This document shows, in pieces, positions 47,189 to 56,988 of a stretch of DNA of 64,000 nucleotides. The position numbers and the translations under genes are program-made. Origin of the DNA: SAR202 cluster bacterium bin90 (GTDB lineage Bacteria > Chloroflexota > Dehalococcoidia > Lucifugimonadales > JADFKI01). Each line of letters starts with the position of its first letter. The first letter of the stretch is position 1. The stretch is taken from the NCBI GenBank assembly GCA_002238855.1, contig MPND01000013.1, positions 9,970-73,969 on the forward strand. The letters are read 5' to 3'. The notes beneath the pieces are model-generated. The model searched no databases. It was not told where the DNA came from and worked only from the letters and a program-made list of their open reading frames with translations.

Positions 47189-48193
47189 ATGACCACAGCC
47201 ACCACCCAACTCCTCAGCTACGACCGCACGCTCGGCATGTCCGTCATGGAAGGGCGTGGCTTCTACTACCCGGCAGACACCGTAGTCGGAGACAACGGAC
47301 GCCTTTACGTCGTAAATCGCTCGCTCGAAAGCGTGGACAGGGGCGTGCGCGTAACCGTCTGTGACCTCGAAAGTGAGTACTACGGCACATTCGGCGCGTA
47401 TGGCGAAGGCGACGGCCAGTTCGTCTGGCTGACCTCCGGCGCGAAGAACAGCCGTGGGGACATATACTTGACCGACGAGTACCTCCACCGCGTCACCGCC
47501 TTCGACGCGGAAGGCAACTTCCTGCAGCTTTGGGGAACGCATGGCAGTGCCGACGGCGAGCTCGACGGCCCCTGCGGAATCGCCTTCGACTCCGACGACA
47601 ACCTATATGTAAGCGACACCTACAACAACCGCATCCAGAAGTTCACGGCAGGCGGCGTGCATCTCGCCTCAATTGGCGAAGGCATACTCTCCATGCCCTG
47701 GGGCATTACCGTCGCCCCCAGCGGCCATATCTACGCCGCAGACTGGGGCAACGACCGGATCGCCCGCTTCACACCTGACGGCGAGTTCGTAGCATCCTAC
47801 GGAGAACCGGGACGCGGCGAGGGTCAACTCATCAAACCCGCCAGCGTCGCAGTCGATGCCAACGGAAATATCTATGTCGCAGACTGGGGCAACGAGCGCG
47901 TGCAGGCATTCGACCCAGACGGCAACTTCGTCCAACTTCTGCGAGGCGAGGCTACCCTTTCGCCCTGGGCAGTCAACTTCCTGAGCATAAACCGTGAGGA
48001 AGGCGAGGCACGCTCGCGGGCAGACCTCGAGCGCAACATAGACTTCTTCGACCCGGACGACCCGCACGAAGTCTCCTCCCACATCGAGAAATACTTCTGG
48101 TCGCCCATGTCCGTCAAGCTCGACGGCAAAGGCAGGCTATTCGTAACCGAAAGCAACCGCCACCGCGTCCAAGTCTATCGCGTAGCATCGTAA
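47189..48193 (+). CDS. NHL-repeat six-bladed beta-propeller protein
   Basis: Repeated units of the form G.F..P.GIA.D..GN(I/L)YV(A/S)D..N.R(I/V)Q.F. I place the start at ATG 47189 (MTTATTQ, preceded by GACGAGG). No signal peptide. Confidence 0.8.
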   Translation: MTTATTQLLSYDRTLGMSVMEGRGFYYPADTVVGDNGRLYVVNRSLESVDRGVRVTVCDLESEYYGTFGAYGEGDGQFVWLTSGAKNSRGDIYLTDEYLHRVTAFDAEGNFLQLWGTHGSADGELDGPCGIAFDSDDNLYVSDTYNNRIQKFTAGGVHLASIGEGILSMPWGITVAPSGHIYAADWGNDRIARFTPDGEFVASYGEPGRGEGQLIKPASVAVDANGNIYVADWGNERVQAFDPDGNFVQLLRGEATLSPWAVNFLSINREEGEARSRADLERNIDFFDPDDPHEVSSHIEKYFWSPMSVKLDGKGRLFVTESNRHRVQVYRVAS

Positions 48194-48298
48194 GTTTAGT
48201 GAATTTATGGCTCCAAGGGTTGACGAAACCCCGAATTTAAGCGATTATACGCACAATGAAAAAGAGCAGGGCATCTATATCCTAATAGGAGAAGTAAC

Positions 48299-49438
48299 AT
48301 GGGGACTAACGGCAACGGTCATCACGAGAAGACGGTGGTAGTCTTGCAGCTTTCCGGCGGCAACGATGCCCTGAACACGGTCATTCCGTATAATGACGGG
48401 CAATACTACGACAACAGGCCCTTCGTCAACATCCCGCAGGACAAGGTCCTGAAGCTTGACGACAAGCTCGGCCTCAATCCCGCACTGGCGCCAATAAAGT
48501 CGCTCTGGGACGAGGGCAATGTCGCGCTCATCAATGGCGTCGGCTATCCTAGCCCCAACCGCTCGCACTTCCGCTCCATGGACGTGTGGCACACTGCCGA
48601 GAGTGAGCAAGTTGGAGAAGACGGATGGCTCGGCAGGGCAATCCGCGAGCTCGACCCTCAGGCTGAGAACGTTCTCACCGGCGTCAATTTCGGTCGCGGC
48701 CTCCCGCGCGCTCTGTACGCCAAGGGCGTGCCGGTAGCATCGGTCGGCAACCTTGAGACCTACGGACTGTTCCCCGACATCAAGGACGAGGCAGCGCGCA
48801 ACCTTGCGCTCGAAGCCTTCACCCAGATGTACGGCGGCAGCGGGCGCGATGTAATCGCCAACTTCATCTCCCAGACCGGCACGGACGCACTCAAGGGCGC
48901 CGATGTCCTGCGAGTTGCCCCACAGCGCTACTCCTCTAGCGTGGAGTACGCCGACAATCCCATCGCAGAGAACATGAAGTCCATCGCGCAGGTGATGACC
49001 GCCGGCCTCGGCACGCGAGTCTATTACACCCAGCACGGCAGCTTCGACACCCACGCATCCGAGCTGACAAGCCATGCGAAGCTCTGGCAGGATGTCTCCG
49101 GCGCAGTCGGCGACTTCATGGACGACATGAGAGAGCACGACATGGACAAGGATGTCGTAGTGCTGCTCTTCTCCGAGTTCGGCAGGCGCATCAAGGACAA
49201 CGGCGCTGGCACCGACCACGGCTCCGGAGGCGTAGCCTTCGTAATCGGCGGCGATGTCAACGGTGGCATGTACGGCGACTTCCCCTCGCTCGACGACGAC
49301 AAGCAGTTGGAAGGCGACCTGCACTTCAGCAACGACTTCCGCAGCACCTACTCCACCATCGCCGAGCGCTGGCTGGGTATCGATCCTGTCACCACCACCA
49401 ACGGCCAGTACGAGCAGTTCGACTTCATCTCGAAGTAA
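48299..49438 (+). CDS. DUF1501 domain protein (alkaline-phosphatase/sulfatase-like superfamily)
   Basis: 379 aa. VVVLQLSGGNDALNTVIPY...INGVGYPSPNRSHFRSMDVWHTA...GTDHG. It starts directly at the conserved core, without the Tat signal usual in this family. Confidence 0.75.
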   Translation: MGTNGNGHHEKTVVVLQLSGGNDALNTVIPYNDGQYYDNRPFVNIPQDKVLKLDDKLGLNPALAPIKSLWDEGNVALINGVGYPSPNRSHFRSMDVWHTAESEQVGEDGWLGRAIRELDPQAENVLTGVNFGRGLPRALYAKGVPVASVGNLETYGLFPDIKDEAARNLALEAFTQMYGGSGRDVIANFISQTGTDALKGADVLRVAPQRYSSSVEYADNPIAENMKSIAQVMTAGLGTRVYYTQHGSFDTHASELTSHAKLWQDVSGAVGDFMDDMREHDMDKDVVVLLFSEFGRRIKDNGAGTDHGSGGVAFVIGGDVNGGMYGDFPSLDDDKQLEGDLHFSNDFRSTYSTIAERWLGIDPVTTTNGQYEQFDFISK

Positions 49439-49461
49439 GCGTTTCTCGACATAGCAAAATA

Positions 49462-49500
49462 GGGGCTGCCTGCAAATGTGCAGGCAGCCCCTTTGTTTTG
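49462..49500. terminator. bidirectional intrinsic terminator between the convergent DUF1501 and amidase-1 genes
   Basis: GGGGCTGCCTGCA (49462-49474) pairs with TGCAGGCAGCCCC (49479-49491). It is followed by TTTGTTTTG on + and by an A-tract (T-tract on -) on the other side. Confidence 0.8.
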
Positions 49501-49529
49501 CCTCATCAGAATTGCGGTACGAGAATGGC

Positions 49530-50966
49530 TTACGAAACCGCCGGCCTCTTGTCCGCCCACGGCATCGCACGCTCGAAAGCCGCAGACGCCGCCAGCACTG
49601 ACTCCTCGTCCCCCTTGCGCCCTACTATGTGCAAGCCAATCGGCAAGCCGTCCGCCGAGAGTCCGCACGGCACGGTCGCGGCAGGATTTCCGATCATGTT
49701 GATCGGATGCGTAAACGGCAGGAAGCTCCAGCCCTTCACATGTGCGTTGCGCTTGCCCGCGATTTCCTCCGGATACTCACCCACCGGGAACGCGGTTGTC
49801 GCCATCGTCGGTGACAGTAGCAGGTCATGCTCCTCGAACACATCGTTGAACTGGTTTATCATCTTGTCTCGCCGGCCAAGCGCCCTCACATAGTCGGCAG
49901 CGGTGAATTCTTTGCCATCCTCTATGAGCATCCGACCGTACCAGGTCAGCGGATCTGACGGATCATCAAGCAGGTGCCCCTGCGTAATGTAAGAAGTCAG
50001 TCCGGAAATAACCCACCAGATTTCGAGCGGCGCGTCCAGCGTAAGGTCGATCTCGTCAATAGAGCATCCCAAGTCCTCGAACACCCGCGCTCCCGCGGCA
50101 CACACCTCCACCACCTCCGCATCAACGCCCGCATAGCCATAGTCCGCGCTCCACGCCATACGCAGTCCGCTAATATCCCTGTCCACCGCAGCTACAAAGT
50201 CGGGCACCGGCGCATGCAGCGATGAAGCATCACGCGAGTCGTAACCTGACAGCGCCTGTAGCAGAATCGCCGAGTCCCTGACTGTGCGCGTCATCGGCCC
50301 ATTCTGACCCAGGAAGTTCACCAGCGGAACATCCTGCGGCACGCCGCTGAACCCAGAGACGCGCCCCTGCGTTGGCTTGATTCCGTATATGCCGCAGAAA
50401 CTCGCGGGAATGCGGATCGAGCCGCCTCCGTCGCTGCCAGTACCGAGCGAGCACAGCCCCGCAGCCACCGCAGCACCTGCGCCTCCACTCGATGCACCCG
50501 AAGTGCGCTCCGTATTCCACGGATTGCGGCAGTCGTCGCCAAGACGGTTCTCATTCGCACCCAGCGACCCGAATTCCGGCGTATTGGTCTTCCCTAGCAG
50601 GATCGCCCCGCTCGCCTTTACCCGCTCTGCAACCGCCGAATCCGCCGTAGGCACATGGTCCTTATATGCAAGCGAACCCGAGGTAGTCCTCACACCCTTC
50701 GTCATCACCAGGTCTTTTATCGAAATCGGCACACCATGCAACGGGCCAAGCTCATCGCCGCGCACCACAGCATCTTCCGCAGCGCGCGCCGCCTCCATTG
50801 CCAGTTCGGGTGTCAGCGTCAGGTATGAGTTCAGCTGCGAGTCCAGCCGCTCTATCCGGTCAAAGTAGAGCTGCGTGACTTCAACAGGCGACACCTGCTT
50901 GTCCGCAATCATCGCGGCAAGCTTATGTGATGGCGCAAACGCGAGATTCTCGTCGATGGTCGGCAT
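49530..50966 (-). CDS. amidase-signature (AS) family amidase, paralog 1
   Basis: 478 aa. GASSGGAGAAVAAGLC...GSDGGGSIRIPASFCG is the AS signature with the Ser-cisSer-Lys context. Confidence 0.88.
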   Translation of the reverse strand: MPTIDENLAFAPSHKLAAMIADKQVSPVEVTQLYFDRIERLDSQLNSYLTLTPELAMEAARAAEDAVVRGDELGPLHGVPISIKDLVMTKGVRTTSGSLAYKDHVPTADSAVAERVKASGAILLGKTNTPEFGSLGANENRLGDDCRNPWNTERTSGASSGGAGAAVAAGLCSLGTGSDGGGSIRIPASFCGIYGIKPTQGRVSGFSGVPQDVPLVNFLGQNGPMTRTVRDSAILLQALSGYDSRDASSLHAPVPDFVAAVDRDISGLRMAWSADYGYAGVDAEVVEVCAAGARVFEDLGCSIDEIDLTLDAPLEIWWVISGLTSYITQGHLLDDPSDPLTWYGRMLIEDGKEFTAADYVRALGRRDKMINQFNDVFEEHDLLLSPTMATTAFPVGEYPEEIAGKRNAHVKGWSFLPFTHPINMIGNPAATVPCGLSADGLPIGLHIVGRKGDEESVLAASAAFERAMPWADKRPAVS

Positions 50967-51028
50967 TGGACGGCTCCTTTATCGCTGATGGAATATCTCG
51001 GCTATCTTACGCCAGGCGCTTGCTGCGG

Positions 51029-52465
51029 TTAAGACACCGCCGGCCTATTATCTGCCCACGGCATAGCTCGCTCGAACGCTGCCGACGCCGCTAGTACCGT
51101 CTCCTCATCGCCCTTTCGTCCGACAATGTGCAGTCCGACCGGCATGCCGTCCGACGAGAAGCCACACGGCACGCTCGCCGCGGGATGCCCAATCGTGTTG
51201 ATCGGATGCGTAAACGGCACAAAGCTCCAGCCCTTCCTGTTGGCATTCTCCTTGCCGCCAATCACATGCGGATACTCCTGCACCGGGAACGCCGTTACTG
51301 GCATCGTCGGCGACAGCAGCAGGTCATAATCATCGAACACATCGGCAAACTGGTTCATCATCCGGTCGCGCCCACCCATCGCCTTGATGAAGTCGCCCGC
51401 GCTGAATTTGCTGCCATCCTCGATTGCCATGCGTCCGTACCACGACAGCGGATCATCCGGGTCGTCCAGCAGATGCCCCTGCGTCACGAACACATTGGCA
51501 GCGAAGAAGACCCACCAGGTGCCGAACGGATCATCCAGCGCCAGGTCGCTCTCCTCCACCGTGCAGCCCAAGCCCTCGAACACCCGTGCCGCGCTCGCCG
51601 AAACCTCGACCACCTCCGCATCAACGCCTGCATAGCCGTAGTCCGGGCTCCACGCGATTCGCAGCCCGCTGATGTCCGTGTCCACTGCACCCACGAAGTC
51701 CGGCACCGGCTCGCGCAGCGATGACGAGTCTCGCGAGTCGTAACCCGCAAGCGCCTGCAGCAGTATCGCCGAATCCTTGACAGTGCGGGACATAGGCCCC
51801 TGCTGGCTCGTGATGTTCAGGAGAGGCGCCGCCGGAGGAACGCCGCCGAAGCTGGAGACACGCCCCTGTGTGGGTTTTATGCCATAGATGCCGCAGAAGC
51901 TCGCCGGAATGCGGATCGACCCACCACCGTCGCCGCCCGTGCCAAGCGAGCACAGCCCGGCAGCAACCGCCGCTCCCGCCCCACCACTCGACGCCCCAGA
52001 CGTGCGCTCCGTATTCCAGGGATTACGGCAGTCGTCGCCAAGACGGTTCTCGTTCGCACCCAGCAAGCCGAACTCCGGCGTATTCGTCTTGCCCAGTATC
52101 ACAGCGCCCGTCGCCTTCACGCGCTCCACAACCGCCGAGTCCGCAGCAGGCACCTGGTCCTTATAAGCGAGAGAACCCAGTGTAGTGCGGACGCCTGCTG
52201 TCATCTGCAGGTCCTTGATGGAAATCGGAACGCCGTGCAGCGACCCAAGCTCATCGCCGCGCATCACCGCTGCTTCCGCAGCTCGCGCCGATTCCATCGC
52301 CAAGTCCTGCGTCAGCGTCAGGTACGAGTTCAGCCGCGAGTCCAGTCGCTCGATTCGGTCATAATAGAGCTGCGTTATTTCTACGGGCGACACCTGCTTG
52401 TCCGCAATCAGCGCAGCAAGTTCGTGTGAAGCAGCGAAGGCGAGATTCTCGTCGAGGTTCGGCAT
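51029..52465 (-). CDS. amidase-signature family amidase, paralog 2
   Basis: 478 aa, collinear with paralog 1. By eye roughly three quarters of positions are identical. Same AS signature. Confidence 0.88.
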   Translation of the reverse strand: MPNLDENLAFAASHELAALIADKQVSPVEITQLYYDRIERLDSRLNSYLTLTQDLAMESARAAEAAVMRGDELGSLHGVPISIKDLQMTAGVRTTLGSLAYKDQVPAADSAVVERVKATGAVILGKTNTPEFGLLGANENRLGDDCRNPWNTERTSGASSGGAGAAVAAGLCSLGTGGDGGGSIRIPASFCGIYGIKPTQGRVSSFGGVPPAAPLLNITSQQGPMSRTVKDSAILLQALAGYDSRDSSSLREPVPDFVGAVDTDISGLRIAWSPDYGYAGVDAEVVEVSASAARVFEGLGCTVEESDLALDDPFGTWWVFFAANVFVTQGHLLDDPDDPLSWYGRMAIEDGSKFSAGDFIKAMGGRDRMMNQFADVFDDYDLLLSPTMPVTAFPVQEYPHVIGGKENANRKGWSFVPFTHPINTIGHPAASVPCGFSSDGMPVGLHIVGRKGDEETVLAASAAFERAMPWADNRPAVS

Positions 52466-52550
52466 CGGGCAACTCCTTTATGGTTGATAGCTGAATGGAT
52501 GATAACCATTAGACTTTCCTGCGCTATCTTACCCCATAAAGTCGCTGCGG

Positions 52551-53978
52551 TTAAGACACCACCGGCCTGTTCTCAGCCCAGGGCATCGCCCGCTCGAATG
52601 CTGCCGACGCAGCAAGCACAGTCTCCTCGTCACCGTGACGTCCGACAATGTGCAATCCGATGGGCATGCCATCCGAGGAAAAGCCGCACGGTACGCTCGC
52701 CGCAGTATGCCCGATCGCATTGATCGGATACGTGAACGGCAGATACCCGAAGAACGGGTCCACTTCCTGTCCGCCAATAGATGTCGGATGCTGCTCGATC
52801 TCGAATGCAGGCACCGCCATCGTCGGCGACAGCAGCAGGTCGAATTCGTCGAAGTACTTGTCGAACTGTGCCTTCACGGCATCCAGTTCGCCGAGTGCCC
52901 TGGCGTAATCCGCCGCAGTCAGGGTTGCCGCGTACTCCATATTTGCGCGGAAATATGCCGTCAGGTCGTCACCGTGCTCGTGCAACAGGTAGCCCGATGA
53001 TGCGTAAGTATTCACCGCGAAAAGTACGCGGAACGCCTCCTGTGGTGCGTCGAGAGCAAATCCGCTGTCACTGACCTTGCAGCCCAACTCCCCGAACACC
53101 TGCGCAGCCTCCCCGCACACATCGACAACATCCGGATCGACCGCCGCATACCCAAAATCGGGACTCCACCCGATTCGCAGACCGCTGACATCTCTGTCCA
53201 GCGCCGCCAGGTAGTCGGCAGGCGTATCCCGCAGAGAGCCCGCATCCCGCGCGTCCGGCCCGGCCAGTGCCTGGAGCAAAATTGCCGAATCCTTAACCGT
53301 ACGCGTAATCGGCCCCGACTGGCTTAGCTGGTTCGCAACGGCAGGGGCAGCGCGACCACCATATCGTGGCACACGCCCCTGCGTCGGCTTGATGCCGTAC
53401 AGCCCGCAGAAACTCGCAGGTATTCGGACCGATCCGCCGCCGTCGCTTCCAGTCGATATGGCGCACAGCCCCGCCGCCAGCGCGGCAGCCGCACCACCGC
53501 TTGAACCGCCCGGAGTACGCTCCGTATTCCACGGGTTACGACAGGCGTCGCCAAGCTTATTCTCAGTCGTACCTCTGTGCCCGAACTCCGGCGTGTTCGT
53601 CTTGCCCAGTACGATCGCCCCGGACGCCTTCACGCGTTCCACAACGATCGAGTCCTCATCCGGGATCCTGTCCTTGAACACCAGGCAACCGCTCGTCGTG
53701 CGCACACCCTTCGTCAACTCAAGGTCCTTGATGGAGATCGGCACTCCGTGTAGCGCCCCCAGGTCATCGCCGCGCATCACAGCGCTCTCGGCATCCCTGG
53801 CAGCCTGCATCGCCTCGTCTCGGCACAGCGTGAGGTAGGCGTGCAGCTGCGAGTCCAGCCTGTCGATGCGCTCGTAGTACAGAGCGGTCAGTTCCACAGG
53901 CGACACCTGCTTTTCCCCAATCATTTCCCTCAGTTCTGATGCAGGTGCAAAGGCGAGGTTGTCATCGATACTCGGCAT
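52551..53978 (-). CDS. amidase-signature family amidase, paralog 3
   Basis: 475 aa. More diverged, but carries the same GGSSGGAAAALAAGLC...GSDGGGSVRIPASFCG core. Confidence 0.88.
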   Translation of the reverse strand: MPSIDDNLAFAPASELREMIGEKQVSPVELTALYYERIDRLDSQLHAYLTLCRDEAMQAARDAESAVMRGDDLGALHGVPISIKDLELTKGVRTTSGCLVFKDRIPDEDSIVVERVKASGAIVLGKTNTPEFGHRGTTENKLGDACRNPWNTERTPGGSSGGAAAALAAGLCAISTGSDGGGSVRIPASFCGLYGIKPTQGRVPRYGGRAAPAVANQLSQSGPITRTVKDSAILLQALAGPDARDAGSLRDTPADYLAALDRDVSGLRIGWSPDFGYAAVDPDVVDVCGEAAQVFGELGCKVSDSGFALDAPQEAFRVLFAVNTYASSGYLLHEHGDDLTAYFRANMEYAATLTAADYARALGELDAVKAQFDKYFDEFDLLLSPTMAVPAFEIEQHPTSIGGQEVDPFFGYLPFTYPINAIGHTAASVPCGFSSDGMPIGLHIVGRHGDEETVLAASAAFERAMPWAENRPVVS

Positions 53979-54016
53979 GGCTTGGCCTTTCTATCTTGGA
54001 GCCGGGAAACTACTCT

Positions 54017-54445
54017 CTAGTAATGCTGGTCAAGAAGTATCACATTGCCATCGGGATCTTTCAACGATGCGCTGCAAGGCCCGGACGTCTCCATATCCGC
54101 CTCATAATCGAACTCGACGCTCTGTTCCTTCAGGCTCGCCTGTATAGGCCGAAGGTCCGTCGGATTGAAGGTCAGGATGTTCACATCGAACATCCCCTGG
54201 AACAGACCAATAACAGCCTTCCCGTTCCGCAGAATACGCCACTTCTCCGTCTCGGTGTCGGCGTACTCCTCATTCTGGTGACCACCGTCTATCACCTCGA
54301 ACCCAAACTTCTGGTAAAAGTCCATGGACTTCTCCATGTCCTTCACTCCCAAGCTAATTGAAAAATTGCCTAGATCCACTTCCCTGTTTCCTTCCGATTC
54401 CATTGCGGCCCACTTAGGCCTATTGCCATTGAGACATCGGATCAA
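54017..54445 (-). CDS. VOC (glyoxalase/bleomycin-resistance/dioxygenase) family protein
   Basis: FSISLGVKDMEKSMDFYQKFGFEV...LKDPDGNVILL. The TTG start at 54445 overlaps the upstream stop (TTGA). An alternative ATG is at 54403. Confidence 0.7.
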   Translation of the reverse strand: MIRCLNGNRPKWAAMESEGNREVDLGNFSISLGVKDMEKSMDFYQKFGFEVIDGGHQNEEYADTETEKWRILRNGKAVIGLFQGMFDVNILTFNPTDLRPIQASLKEQSVEFDYEADMETSGPCSASLKDPDGNVILLDQHY

Positions 54446-54834
54446 CCCTGATCAGGTGCCTCGCCGCTCCACTTGTGCAGCCCGATTACGTTGTTCTCCG
54501 GGTCCATGAATACCGCAATCTGCCCCATGCCGCCCGGTATGTCGGTTGGCGGCACAACGGCTTGGCCTCCAAGGCTCACAACCTTGTCCAGCGTCGCCTG
54601 TAGGTCGTCCGCCTGCACATAGAACATCACGTAGTTCGGCGGCATATTCTCGTTCGTCTCAATGATCCCACCGGGTATTCCGCCCTCTTCTCCTTCGATG
54701 AACCTGTACGGGCTGCCCGCCGCCGATGCCGCGCCCATTTCGTTTATGTTCCAGCCGAACAGGTCGCTGTAGAACTCACTCAGACCCTCGGAATCTCTGC
54801 CGCCTACTTCAAAATATACAACCGGATTTGCCAT
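54442..54834 (-). CDS. VOC family protein
   Basis: 130 aa. MANPVVYFEVGGRDSEGLSEFYSDLFGW...VFMDPENNVIGLH. Confidence 0.72.
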   Translation of the reverse strand: MANPVVYFEVGGRDSEGLSEFYSDLFGWNINEMGAASAAGSPYRFIEGEEGGIPGGIIETNENMPPNYVMFYVQADDLQATLDKVVSLGGQAVVPPTDIPGGMGQIAVFMDPENNVIGLHKWSGEAPDQG

Positions 54835-54980
54835 CTGACACCTCTCTTCTCAACAAAGTGCCTACATCCTATCGGCATATCGTTTGTCCTGTCCTCCATG
54901 TTCATGACCATGTTTTATGGTATTATCCGCGCTGAAATCGGTACGCAATAGTCAACACTCACGAGAGAGGACAAGTGACA

Positions 54981-56198
54981 ATGAAAATCACCAATATCGA
55001 GACCTTCATAGTGGATGCAGGATGGCGACCCTGGATGTTCGTCAAGGTGGAAACCGACGAGGGCATCACCGGCTGGGGCGAGTGCAGCGACGGACGCTCC
55101 CCACATGGTATCGAAGGCACTATCCGCGACATGAAGCCACTGTTAATCGGCAAGGACCCGCGCGCCTTCGAAATGCGCTTCCAGGACATGTATCGCATCA
55201 CGCGCCAGAGTCCCGGCGGCATCGCAGCGAAGGCAATCGCCGGCCTAGACTGCGCCTTCATCGACATCAAGGCAAAGGCGCTCGGCATATCTGTCGCCGA
55301 ACTCTTCGGCGGACCCACCCGCGAGAAAGTCCGAGTGTACTGGTCCCACTGCGGCAGCTCCCGCGTCCGCCATCACGACATCCTGGGCGTGCCCCCGATC
55401 GACTCCTGGCAGTCCATCACCGACCTCGGCCACGAAGTCAGAGATCGCGGCTTCACCGCGCTGAAGACCAACATCATCCTGCCCGGCCAGAGCGCCACAT
55501 TCGGCGGCGGCTTCAGTGGAGGCATCGGCTCCACAGACCAGATCGCTCCCAAGTGGCTCATGCCGCACGTCGAGAAGCTCATCGGCACCTTCCGCGATGC
55601 CGTGGGCGACGACATCGACATCAACCTCGACCTCAACTTCCACTTCAAGACCGAGGGCGCGCTCCGCATCGCCAAGGTGCTGGAGCAGTTCGACATGCTC
55701 TGGCTGGAAATCGACATGTACGAGCCGACGAGCTTGCGCCAGATCAAGGACTCCACGACCACGCGCATCTGCACTGGCGAGAACCTCTTCTACATGCGCG
55801 ACTTCATCCCCTACTTCGAGAATCACTCAGCGGACATGTTCATGATCGACGTCCCCTGGAACGGCTTCAGCCAGTCCAAGAAGATCGGCGACCTCGCCGA
55901 GGTCTATCAGCACAACGTCGCGCCACACAACTACTACAGCCACCTCTCCAGCTTCGTCAGCGCGAGCCTCTGCGCCACATTGCCGAACGTGCGCATCATG
56001 GAAATCGACATCGACGACATCCCCTGGAAGGACGACCTGACAACAACGCAACCCGAAATCATCGACGGCTACATGACAGTTCCCACCGCTCCCGGCTGGG
56101 GCGCCGACATCAACGAAGAAGTAGCCCTCGCCCACCCCTGGGACGAAAACTCCCTCTCCGAAGTCCAGACCCAGGGCTACAAGGTCCCCGCACGGTAA
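54981..56198 (+). CDS. enolase-superfamily protein, paralog 2
   Basis: I prefer MKITNIETFIVD (ATG 54981) over GTG 54975 because the paralogs begin MKVT.... Candidate metal ligands lie in DINLDLNF, WLEIDM and CTGENL. Confidence 0.8.
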   Translation: MKITNIETFIVDAGWRPWMFVKVETDEGITGWGECSDGRSPHGIEGTIRDMKPLLIGKDPRAFEMRFQDMYRITRQSPGGIAAKAIAGLDCAFIDIKAKALGISVAELFGGPTREKVRVYWSHCGSSRVRHHDILGVPPIDSWQSITDLGHEVRDRGFTALKTNIILPGQSATFGGGFSGGIGSTDQIAPKWLMPHVEKLIGTFRDAVGDDIDINLDLNFHFKTEGALRIAKVLEQFDMLWLEIDMYEPTSLRQIKDSTTTRICTGENLFYMRDFIPYFENHSADMFMIDVPWNGFSQSKKIGDLAEVYQHNVAPHNYYSHLSSFVSASLCATLPNVRIMEIDIDDIPWKDDLTTTQPEIIDGYMTVPTAPGWGADINEEVALAHPWDENSLSEVQTQGYKVPAR

Positions 56199-56280
56199 GC
56201 CGAGATACTTGGAAGAATTGAGAGGGCGGCCATCAGGTCGCCCTCTCATCTTCTTTCAGGGATATCAGCATTACAGACCT

Positions 56281-56925
56281 TTAATCATATTGCTTGACCA
56301 TGCTGTTATGAGTTCCTAACAGATGCCAACTCACGGCGCACAAACAGCCGTATAAAGTCCCCTCTGCAGTACGCTGCAGCAATCCTCTCCAGGGGGCTAA
56401 GTCAGGCAGCAGCGCCAGAGTGTAGAGAGTGATAAAAGCTGCAGCCAACAATAACCAGCCCATTCTCTTTGGCACGGTAAGTCTTTTGTTAAAGGATAGG
56501 AACACCAACCCTAATGTGGTTACGGGAAGGGTAACTAAACTCAGAAGATTATGGATGTTCTGGGAAAGACTGCCTTCGGTGGGGCAACCTAAATCGCATG
56601 GGGCGAAGGCTGAGCCAATATAGGCAACTGGCTCAGCAATCAACAGCCAGCCGCCGATATGACTGATTCCACTCAACTTTGCATGGGGCACTACGACGAG
56701 CAGCAAGAGAATACCCAGCAGACCTAAGGTCAAGAATCCCAAATATCCAATCTGCCAACTCCACGATGTACCTAGTGCATTGAGTTCACTTATGTACTGG
56801 GTGACATGACTGTACTCATCCTTAAGCGAACCGCCGACAAACAGGACAGTCGGATAGAATATGACGAGCGCAACAGTCAACCAGCGCCTGCTAATGCTAA
56901 ATCTGCTTATTAACATACCCCACAC
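56281..56925 (-). CDS. DUF998 family integral membrane protein
   Basis: 214 aa with about 6 TM segments. The SHVTQYISELNALGT motif is typical of DUF998. Confidence 0.6.
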   Translation of the reverse strand: MWGMLISRFSISRRWLTVALVIFYPTVLFVGGSLKDEYSHVTQYISELNALGTSWSWQIGYLGFLTLGLLGILLLLVVVPHAKLSGISHIGGWLLIAEPVAYIGSAFAPCDLGCPTEGSLSQNIHNLLSLVTLPVTTLGLVFLSFNKRLTVPKRMGWLLLAAAFITLYTLALLPDLAPWRGLLQRTAEGTLYGCLCAVSWHLLGTHNSMVKQYD

Positions 56926-56988
56926 TCAATGACTACTTAAGGCAGGCGCCCATCATCTACGAGGCCGTCTCATGCATATGTGCAGCAG

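Noticed and set aside
48275-49570. 431-aa - strand ORF
   Set aside because: It is antisense to the well-supported DUF1501 gene and runs through the terminator hairpin. The composition is low-complexity (V/A/G/L) and no motifs are present.
54917-56221. 434-aa + strand ORF (also 56980-58200, 406 aa, + strand)
   Set aside because: These are an alternative frame of, or antisense to, enolase-superfamily genes. They are extremely R/H/P-rich, which is not protein-like.
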